Shown here in pieces: positions 27,356 through 34,505 of a DNA stretch of 64,000 nt. Where the stretch lies: positions 88,263 to 152,262 of the forward strand of contig CAZKXI010000002.1 in NCBI GenBank assembly GCA_964556755.1, given 5' to 3'. Positions within the stretch are counted from its first letter, which is position 1, and every line of letters begins with the position of its first letter. The notes under the pieces were generated by a model. That model saw only the letters and a program-made list of their open reading frames with translations, had not been told where the DNA came from and ran no database searches. The DNA comes from an uncultured Eubacteriales bacterium (GTDB lineage: Bacteria; Acidobacteriota; Aminicenantia; Aminicenantales; UBA4085). Made by a program: the position numbers and the translations under genes.

Positions 27356-28096
27356 TTATATGCAGCCAGCAAGCGAGATTAAGTCGGCGATTGTCTCTAC
27401 ACCCTTCCTGATATGCGTCATAGAACACGGGCCCAAGCCACCCCATCGGCGCCAGTTTTGAGCTATGTATTGATAGCTTGGGCGAGTCGGCGTTTCCCTG
27501 AGATCGTACCAGCAGAGGTTTCTAAAGAAAGCGGGCTTGGTCCGTTCCTCTTTCTCGACCGCGTAGACTCGACCGATTTCGGATTTGATCCCCCCCCACA
27601 TGCCCTCCCATTCTCGCTGATTGGTCCAAGGGCTGATCCGAACATAAATGAACGCCTCTTCACGCCCGACGAACTCCTGCCAACAGTCGCCGCGACGATC
27701 CACCATCGACGCGGCATCCGGGCTCTGCATGACCTCGGCCAGGCTTCTCGGTCGCCCCGGACGTTTCGGCGCTGGATGGATAATATACTGACGAAGCTCG
27801 GGCCCTTCGGGGCCTTGGGGCCGGAGAGGACGACGGCAGATGATCTCGCTCCGGTAGACGAATCGCTCGATCGTCGCCAGGTCTCCGCTCCATTGCAGAT
27901 TGATCCTCCACCTCGAGCAGAAGTCGCCCCACTCATCAGAATATGAAAGTCCCCGGCTCTCCCCGCAGTGATCGAGCTGGCGGATGAATTCTTTGTTTCG
28001 TCGAAGCAGCTCGGCTCGCGCCAGGATCGGATCGAATGGGCGTTTGCTCTCCTCGATCTTGCGATTACGGAGATCAGGATCGATCTGAATAGCCAT
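27356..28096 (-). CDS. hypothetical cargo protein (no recognisable domain), in low-GC segment next to attR
   Basis: 246-aa ORF, Trp/Arg-rich, in distinctly AT-richer DNA between the repressor genes and the att site. Confidence 0.4.
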   Translation of the reverse strand: MAIQIDPDLRNRKIEESKRPFDPILARAELLRRNKEFIRQLDHCGESRGLSYSDEWGDFCSRWRINLQWSGDLATIERFVYRSEIICRRPLRPQGPEGPELRQYIIHPAPKRPGRPRSLAEVMQSPDAASMVDRRGDCWQEFVGREEAFIYVRISPWTNQREWEGMWGGIKSEIGRVYAVEKEERTKPAFFRNLCWYDLRETPTRPSYQYIAQNWRRWGGLGPCSMTHIRKGVETIADLISLAGCI

Positions 28097-28383
28097 GTCC
28101 GCCTCCCTGTGGCAGATCCCCGATTAAATAGAACCGGGCCAAGCGGTCAGGGATGATCCGCCGTTCGGGAGCGACCCTAGGCCCGGCTGATGTCATGGAT
28201 AGGTTCCTTCCTCAAACATAGGGTCCGCAACGGAGCAACGCAAGCGTCAATTTTGAGTGTCGACTTTTATGACGTGTTTTTTCGGTTTGGGCGGGATTTG
28301 GCGGGAATTGGCGGGAATGAGCCCCAAGGGCAAGGCTACGCGTAATGCGTTGATTTCTCAAGGTTTTAAGGGGTAAAAGGCAA

Positions 28384-28426
28384 GCGCGCCTGGGGTGACT
28401 CGAACACCCGACCAACGGTTTAGGAA
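28384..28426. repeat. attR: 43-bp direct repeat within tRNA-Arg 3' half
   Basis: Identical to 14897-14939. Confidence 0.85.
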
Positions 28427-28458
28427 ACCGCTGCTCTATCCGACTGAGCTACAGGCGC
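28385..28458 (-). tRNA. tRNA-Arg (anticodon CCT)
   Basis: Minus-strand cloverleaf: acceptor GCGCCTG/CAGGCGC, D-arm GCTCAGTCGGATAGAGC, anticodon loop TTCCTAA, T-arm GGGTGTTCGAGTCACCC; 74 nt without CCA. Confidence 0.85.
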
Positions 28459-28503
28459 GCCCCGTCGATGGGGCCATCACTATAAGGCTTCGCCGACCCT
28501 TTT

Positions 28504-30165
28504 TCAATCCTCCGGCGGCGGCGCCGTCTCCTCGTCGGCCCCCGTCTCGCGGCCGCCGCGGATGCCGATGAAGCGCTTGAGGTAATCCAGGATGCGGCGC
28601 TTGCTGGTCCCGGCCTGCACGTCCTTCTCCGAGAGGTCCTTGATCTTCAGAAGGCTCTCGCGGTTCTGCTCGTTGCGGGCGCTGACCAGCTCGGCGATGA
28701 CTTCGGCCAGATCGGGATTCTTGGCCAGGACCGGGCCGAAGTCCTCGGCCCGGATCTTCAGCAGGACGGCCTCCTCCTCGATGACGCCGGTCGCGGTCCT
28801 CGGCATCCCGGTAAAGAGCGACATCTCGCCGAACAAGCCGCCCGGGCCGACGCTGAACGAGGACGTATAGGACCGGCCCTCGTCCTGGGTCACGATCTCG
28901 CCGCGGATCCGGCCGCGGACGATGACATAGGCGCTGCGCCCCTTGTCGCCCTGGCGGAAGAGGACCTCGCCCCTGGCGTAGACGGCCGGGGTGACGACCG
29001 CGGCCAGATCCCGGACGTCGTCCTCGGGCACCAGGAGCTCCCCCGGGCCCCCGGCCTTGGGGCGGCGCAGGAAGGCCGACTTCATGAGCGCCGCATAGCT
29101 CTCCTCGGCCGCCTCCCCCGCCGGCCCGGCCGCCCCGGTCGGGACGGCTCGACCCGTCCCGGCCGCGATCCCGACCATGGCCTTCAAGCCCTCGGCCGCC
29201 GGCACGGCGATCTCGAAGCCCTTGCGGCGAAGCTTGTACCAGGCCAGCCGGCCGACGTCGGTGATGATGCTGTGCTTGCGGGCGTAGTCCGTGACCCAGA
29301 ACTTCAGAAGGTAGGAGACACCCATCTCATCGAAGCTCTGCAGGTAGGCCAGCGGAGCCGGATCGCACACGACCGCCGGGCAGTCCCGGGCGGCTTCGAC
29401 CAAGACGGCCAGCACCTCTCCCGCCGGAGCCTGGGGGCTCAGCTTAAAGGGCAGGAAGAGGGCCGTCCGGCCGTCCGGCTGGGCGTAGTTGATGATTCTC
29501 TCCGAGGCCACGATCGTGTTGGGCAGAACGATGATGTTCGAGGCTCGGTCCAAGATGCGCGTCTCCCGCCAGTTCGTGTCGACGACGATACCCTCGTGCG
29601 CTCCGATCTGGACCCAATCGCCGCGGCTGATGGAGCGGACGAAGTGCAGCGAGGCCCCCGAGAGGATGTTGCCCAGCACGCCCTGCAGGGCCAGGCCCAG
29701 GACCATGGTCAGGATGGCCGAGGCGCCCAGGATCGGCGAAAGATCGATCTTCAGGATGGCCTTGAGGACGATGAAGAGGACGGCCAGCTCCATGATCCCC
29801 AGCACCAGGTTGCGCAGGACGCCCGGCATGGGAAAGGACTTGTGCGACCGGCCATACCAGATCGAGAGCAGGGCGTCGAACAGGCGGATGAGAAGGAAGA
29901 AGACGAAGAAGACCACGCCCGCGTCGACATAGGGCTGGAACGCCGCCGGCACCGGGAGGAAGGCGGACATTCCGGCGAAAGCCAGGCCGAAGACGGCCGG
30001 AAAGCTCAGGCGGGCCATCAGGATCCGCCCGGTCCGGCCCATTCCGGCGGCGAAGCGGCCGGCCAGGAAGCGCGTGATCAGATACAGCAGGAGAGCCCCG
30101 GCGACGATCAGGAGATAGACCGACAGGGTCCCGTAGATCGAGCGCGGCGCCGAGGCGTCCATCAC
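28504..30165 (-). CDS. mechanosensitive channel MscS family protein with C-terminal cyclic-nucleotide-binding domain
   Basis: MscS TM3/beta-domain region (LGLALQGVLGNILSGASLHFVRSISRGDWV), then cNMP-binding motif FGEMSLF..PRTATGV. Confidence 0.8.
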   Translation of the reverse strand: MMDASAPRSIYGTLSVYLLIVAGALLLYLITRFLAGRFAAGMGRTGRILMARLSFPAVFGLAFAGMSAFLPVPAAFQPYVDAGVVFFVFFLLIRLFDALLSIWYGRSHKSFPMPGVLRNLVLGIMELAVLFIVLKAILKIDLSPILGASAILTMVLGLALQGVLGNILSGASLHFVRSISRGDWVQIGAHEGIVVDTNWRETRILDRASNIIVLPNTIVASERIINYAQPDGRTALFLPFKLSPQAPAGEVLAVLVEAARDCPAVVCDPAPLAYLQSFDEMGVSYLLKFWVTDYARKHSIITDVGRLAWYKLRRKGFEIAVPAAEGLKAMVGIAAGTGRAVPTGAAGPAGEAAEESYAALMKSAFLRRPKAGGPGELLVPEDDVRDLAAVVTPAVYARGEVLFRQGDKGRSAYVIVRGRIRGEIVTQDEGRSYTSSFSVGPGGLFGEMSLFTGMPRTATGVIEEEAVLLKIRAEDFGPVLAKNPDLAEVIAELVSARNEQNRESLLKIKDLSEKDVQAGTSKRRILDYLKRFIGIRGGRETGADEETAPPPED

Positions 30166-30980
30166 AGCTTGACCGTCATCCCGGCCGCGGCGACCTCAAC
30201 GTGGCGGAAGTTCGCCTTGGCCGCCCGCTTCATGCCGCCGATCGTCCGGTCGTCGTAGTTGGGATTCAGATGAGACAGCAGGAGCCGGCCGACCTTGGCC
30301 GCCTTGGCGATCCGCACGCCCTGCTCCCAGGTGCTGTGGCCCCAGCCCTTGCGGCCGGACTCGTACTCCTCCGGCGTGTACATGGCGTCATAGACCAGCA
30401 GCGAGGCCTTCTGGGCCAGCTCGGCCAGCCGGCTGTCGATCCCCTCCTCGGGATGCTCGGTGTCGGTGGCGAAGACCGCGCTGCGCTTCCCGTCGTCGAA
30501 GCGGTAGGCCATGCAGCCCTGGGGATGGCGGAGCTGGGTCCTCTGGACGCGCAAGCCGGCGATCGTGGCGCCCTCGGGGCCGATGCGTTGGAAGACCTTC
30601 TTGGAGGGCGTCTCGTCGAAGCCGACCGGGAAGAGGGGGGCCTTCATCAGCCGGGCCAGGACCTCGTGAGCCTCCTCCGGATCGATCCAGGATATGAAGG
30701 TGATCTCCGTGTCCGGCCGGTAGAGGACGTCGAAGAAGGGCAGGCCCAGGACATGGTCCAGGTGGAAGTGGGTGAAGAGAAGGGTCGCCTTCAGCGGCCC
30801 GCGGCCGGCCGCCGCCATCATCCGGGCCCCCAGCGTGCGCAGGCCGGTCCCCGCGTCCAGGATGACATCCTCCCCCGTCGTCGACTTGATCAGGGCGCAG
30901 GGCGTCGCGGCCCCGTATTGGGATTCGCACCGGCCGGCGGCCGGGAACGACCCTCGCACGCCGTAGAATTCGATCCGCAT
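30162..30980 (-). CDS. MBL-fold metallo-hydrolase (possible class II cyclic-nucleotide phosphodiesterase)
   Basis: Only the C-terminal 272 aa of ORF 30162..32990 look real (THFHLDHVLGLP beta-lactamase-fold His motif); AAAGGA RBS before ATG 30980; the rest of the ORF is an alternate frame of the cyclase gene. Confidence 0.65.
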   Translation of the reverse strand: MRIEFYGVRGSFPAAGRCESQYGAATPCALIKSTTGEDVILDAGTGLRTLGARMMAAAGRGPLKATLLFTHFHLDHVLGLPFFDVLYRPDTEITFISWIDPEEAHEVLARLMKAPLFPVGFDETPSKKVFQRIGPEGATIAGLRVQRTQLRHPQGCMAYRFDDGKRSAVFATDTEHPEEGIDSRLAELAQKASLLVYDAMYTPEEYESGRKGWGHSTWEQGVRIAKAAKVGRLLLSHLNPNYDDRTIGGMKRAAKANFRHVEVAAAGMTVKL

Positions 30981-30994
30981 GATGGCTATCCTTT

Positions 30995-33070
30995 CTATTT
31001 GGTCTTGAGGTCGAAGACGAGGTCCCAGTCCGCCGGGGGCGGGGCGGCCAGGAACTGGGCGCAGCGCGCCGCGTAGACGGCCGCGACGGGATCGCCGGCC
31101 AGGGCCGCCGCCCCGGCCGCCGCCTCGGCCCAGGACCGGCGGCGATAGGCGTCCAGGACGCCCCGGAAGGCGTCCAGGCGGGCCGGGACGTCCGCCCCGA
31201 TCCCCTCCCGCAGGCCGACGACTTCGAAGATCCGGGTCGGACGGCTCTTGCCGACGACCCGCAAAAGATCGATCTCCCGGGACAGGACGGCCGGGCCGGC
31301 CGCGGCGATCGTCCCTTCGCCGGCCAGAATGGAGATGCCGAAGGGCTTGCAGGCGCCCTCCAGCCGGGCCGCCAAGTTCACCGTGTCGCCCATGGCGGTG
31401 TAGTCGAAGCGGCGGCTGCTGCCCATGTTGCCCACCACGGCCGGCCCGGTGTTGAGGCCGATGCGCATCCGGAGCTTGTGGCCGAAGCGGGCCTCCAGCC
31501 CGGGGCCCATGGCGGCCAGCTTGGCCTGGCAGGCCAAGGCCGCCCGGCAGGCCCGCAAGGCATGGTCGGGCGTGTCGAGCGGGGCGTTCCAGAAGGCCAC
31601 GATGGCGTCGCCCTCGTACTTGTCCAGCGTCCCGGCCTCGTCCAGGATGATGTCCGACATCGCGGACAGCAGCTCGTTGAGCAGGGCCACCAGCCCCTCG
31701 GCCCCCAGCGATTCGGAGATCGTCGTGAATCCGGCCACGTCCGAGAAGAACGAGGTGATCTCGCGCCGCTCTCCGCCCAGCCGCAGCAGGGCCGGGTTCT
31801 CGGTCACCCGCTCGACGACGTGGGGGCTGAGGTACTGCCGGAAAGCCGACTTCAGGAAGCGTCGCTGGCGCCCCTCCGAGGCATAGCTCCAGACGGCCGC
31901 CGCGATCACCGCAAAGAGGACGCCGGCGGTGGGAAGGACCAGTCCGACCCATCGGCCGGCCCAGAATCCCAGACCGGCCGCGGCCGCGGGCAGGACCAGG
32001 AAGCCGGCCGAGGCCGCTCCCAGGGCGGCGGGCTTGCCGATCCGCGAGACCGCCGTGGCCGCGCCGATCGCCAGCAGCAGCGCGAGGAGGAGGTCGAGCC
32101 AGAGCGAGGGGGGGCGCAGGAAGCGCCCGCGGAGGAGCGTGTCGAGCGCCGCGGCCTGGATCTCGACGCCGGGAACGGCCCGGCTGATCGGCGACGTCTT
32201 CATGTCCAACAGGCCGACGCCGCTGAGCCCGATCAGGACGTTCTTGCCGGCGAAGGTCCGCAAGGGAAGGGTCGGCTCTTCCCCCTCGGACATCTTCAGC
32301 CAGCCGTCGATGACCGTGGCCGCCGGGTAGGCCGGAAAAGCCCGGCCCGCGCGGTAGCGGATCAGCATGGCCCCGTCGTCGTCCAGCGGCGGAGCCTTCG
32401 CCTCGGTCCCGGGCGTCGGCGCCAGGCGGGACAGGGACAGGGCGACTGAGGGGATCGTCCGGCCGCCGATCGAAGAAGCCAGGGGCATCCGGCGGTAGAT
32501 CCCGTCGGCGTCGGGATCCACGTGGACCTCGGCTCCGCCGCGGGCCGCCTCGGCCAGGATTGGGAGGGGTGTGGTGGCCGAGCGGAAGGTCCGGCTCGCC
32601 GGCGGCGCGGCATCGCCCTTGAGGTCCGATCTTGCGAGAAAGGCCTCCGCCCCCTCGGAAGAGGGACCGTCCTCGCGGCTGAGGAAGATCGGCAGGATGA
32701 CATGGCCCGACTCGCTCAGGGCCGCGGCCAGCGCCTCGTCGTCCTCCACGGCATAGGGGGAGGCCTCGCTCATCATGATGTCGATGAAGACCGAGCGGGC
32801 GCCGGCGTCCTTCAGGAAGCCCAGGATCGGCGCATACATCTCGCGCGGCCACGGCCAGGAGACCTGCTGGGCCTTGAAATGATCCAGGCTGTACTGGTCG
32901 ACGAGGATGAGGGCGATGTCGGGAGCGGGATCGCGGTCGGCGAAGAGGCGGAGGCGGGCGTCCCAGCTCTTCAGCTCCAGGCCCCGCCATAGGCCCAAGG
33001 CCCCCAGGGCGGCGGCCATCAGGAAGGCCCCGGCGCCGGCCAGGACGCCGCGGCGAAGCTTCTTGTCCAC
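30995..33070 (-). CDS. CHASE2 sensor domain-containing class III adenylate/guanylate cyclase
   Basis: Periplasmic CHASE2-like region between two TM segments, then CHD cyclase (ITSFFSDVAGFT, DKYEGDAIVAFW, RIGLNTGPAVVGNMG, GDTVNLAARLE); start uncertain (GTG 33070 chosen; ORF extends to 33208). Confidence 0.75.
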   Translation of the reverse strand: MDKKLRRGVLAGAGAFLMAAALGALGLWRGLELKSWDARLRLFADRDPAPDIALILVDQYSLDHFKAQQVSWPWPREMYAPILGFLKDAGARSVFIDIMMSEASPYAVEDDEALAAALSESGHVILPIFLSREDGPSSEGAEAFLARSDLKGDAAPPASRTFRSATTPLPILAEAARGGAEVHVDPDADGIYRRMPLASSIGGRTIPSVALSLSRLAPTPGTEAKAPPLDDDGAMLIRYRAGRAFPAYPAATVIDGWLKMSEGEEPTLPLRTFAGKNVLIGLSGVGLLDMKTSPISRAVPGVEIQAAALDTLLRGRFLRPPSLWLDLLLALLLAIGAATAVSRIGKPAALGAASAGFLVLPAAAAGLGFWAGRWVGLVLPTAGVLFAVIAAAVWSYASEGRQRRFLKSAFRQYLSPHVVERVTENPALLRLGGERREITSFFSDVAGFTTISESLGAEGLVALLNELLSAMSDIILDEAGTLDKYEGDAIVAFWNAPLDTPDHALRACRAALACQAKLAAMGPGLEARFGHKLRMRIGLNTGPAVVGNMGSSRRFDYTAMGDTVNLAARLEGACKPFGISILAGEGTIAAAGPAVLSREIDLLRVVGKSRPTRIFEVVGLREGIGADVPARLDAFRGVLDAYRRRSWAEAAAGAAALAGDPVAAVYAARCAQFLAAPPPADWDLVFDLKTK

Positions 33071-33072
33071 TC

Positions 33073-33981
33073 CTATTTCAGCCCCGCCGTGGCCGCCTTG
33101 AAGCGGATCGTCCGGACGGCTTGCAGGACGGGCAGCGGGCCCAGGCCGGCCACGGTCTTCTCGGACCGTCCGATCCTCTGCTCCGGCGTCGGGTGGGTCT
33201 TGAACCATCCCGAGCCGGAGGAGGCCGCCGCGCCGCCGGTCATGGCCTTCAGGAAGCGGAGGAGTCCGTTCGGATCGAAGCCGGCCCGCCGGCTGGTCCC
33301 GAGGGCCAGCTCGTCGGCCTCGTACTCGTACTTGCGGTCGTAGCCTTTCTCGACCAGGCTCTCGGCGATGTCGCCGAGGGCTTCCTCGAACAGCCCGGTC
33401 AGCTTGTCCAGCTCGGCCGGGGCGTATCTCTGCAGGGTGCCCTGCTCCATGATCTTGAAGGCGTCCACCAGGCGGGACTTCTTGATCGACTGCAGGCCGT
33501 GCCGGGCGGAGACGTGGCCGATCTCGTGGGCCAATATGGCGGCCAGCGCGTCCTCGTCGGAGCAGAGCCTGATCAGCCCCTTGGTCAGGAAGATCATCCC
33601 GCCGGGGGCGGCCAAGGCGTTGACCTCGTCGGAGTCCAGGACCTGGAAGTGGTAGCCGGCATAGGTCTCCGGCCTTTCCGAAGACAGAGCCACCGCCTGG
33701 CCCAGCGTGTTGATGTACTGGCTCAGGGCGGGATTGTTCAGCGGCGCATAGCGCGACAGGATCAGGGCGGCCACGCTTCGACCTATGTAATACTCTTCCT
33801 CCTCGCTGATGTCGCCGAAGGTGCTGCGGACCGTCTTGACCGTCTTCTCGACCTTCTCGACCGCGTCCTTGGCGCCCTTGACCTTGTTGAGGATGCCGCC
33901 GATCCCTTGAGCGGAGGCCGATCCGACCGCCAGGACGAGCAGGAGGGCCAGGACCAGCGGCAACCGGCGCCGGGCGCTCAT
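33073..33981 (-). CDS. M48 family zinc metallopeptidase (secreted)
   Basis: Signal peptide, HEIGH zinc motif (LAHEIGHVSARH) with downstream Glu. Confidence 0.75.
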   Translation of the reverse strand: MSARRRLPLVLALLLVLAVGSASAQGIGGILNKVKGAKDAVEKVEKTVKTVRSTFGDISEEEEYYIGRSVAALILSRYAPLNNPALSQYINTLGQAVALSSERPETYAGYHFQVLDSDEVNALAAPGGMIFLTKGLIRLCSDEDALAAILAHEIGHVSARHGLQSIKKSRLVDAFKIMEQGTLQRYAPAELDKLTGLFEEALGDIAESLVEKGYDRKYEYEADELALGTSRRAGFDPNGLLRFLKAMTGGAAASSGSGWFKTHPTPEQRIGRSEKTVAGLGPLPVLQAVRTIRFKAATAGLK

Positions 33982-34463
33982 CGGGCGCCTCCGAAGGGCG
34001 GCAGCAGGCCGCGTTTGAGGAAGTCTTGCAGCTGGGCCGGGGACACTTTGACCTGGAGCAGCCGATCGACGGCGGCGAAGGCGAGCGACGGGTTCTTGGC
34101 CTTGTAGCTGTCCTCGACCTGCTTGTTGAAGCCCTTGCCGGCCAAAGCCACTTCGGAGGCCGAGGCCTGGGTCTTCATGGCCGAGCCGGAGGAGGCCAGG
34201 GCCAGGCGGGGCGCCGCCACGGCGCCGGCGTGGATCCAGCCCGAGGCGCCGGCGGCCGACTTGACCTGGAGCCAGCCGTTGGCCTCGGCCAGCTGGACCA
34301 GCTTGTCGCCGGCCTTGACCGCGGCCACTACCGGGGCGAAGAACTGCGGCGCCTGGCGGATGGCCGAGCTCTGGACCTTGACCACGACGGTGTCGGCCGC
34401 CGAGGCCAGCAGGACCAGGACGAGCAGCCCGACGAGGGCGGCCCGGGTGCGGATGTTCCTCAT
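33978..34463 (-). CDS. secreted SH3b-domain protein
   Basis: Signal peptide; GWLQVK..GWIHAGAV bacterial SH3-like motif; stop overlaps M48 start (ATGA). Confidence 0.45.
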   Translation of the reverse strand: MRNIRTRAALVGLLVLVLLASAADTVVVKVQSSAIRQAPQFFAPVVAAVKAGDKLVQLAEANGWLQVKSAAGASGWIHAGAVAAPRLALASSGSAMKTQASASEVALAGKGFNKQVEDSYKAKNPSLAFAAVDRLLQVKVSPAQLQDFLKRGLLPPFGGAR

Positions 34464-34505
34464 GGGCTCCTCCTTGTCCGTCCTGGACCCATGATAGGGG
34501 TTCGA

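Larger units (their letters stand above)
14897..28426. mobile_element. integrated defective prophage-like / satellite-like element (~13.5 kb) inserted at the 3' end of tRNA-Arg(CCT), bounded by 43-bp direct repeats
   Basis: Perfect 43-bp direct repeats (14897-14939 = 28384-28426), matching the 3' part of the tRNA. Tyrosine integrase adjacent to the left repeat. Carries excisionase-family HTH genes, a tape measure, terminases, a replication ATPase with an iteron array, and Cro/XRE-like repressors. Confidence 0.8.

Noticed and set aside
30162-32990. 942-aa ORF on minus strand
   Set aside because: Only the C-terminal 272 aa (from MRIEFYGVRG, MBL-fold motifs) look like protein; the N-terminal ~670 aa are Arg/Pro/Gly-rich and lie in an alternate frame of the CHASE2 cyclase gene (30995-33070). 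This is a GC-rich frame artefact.
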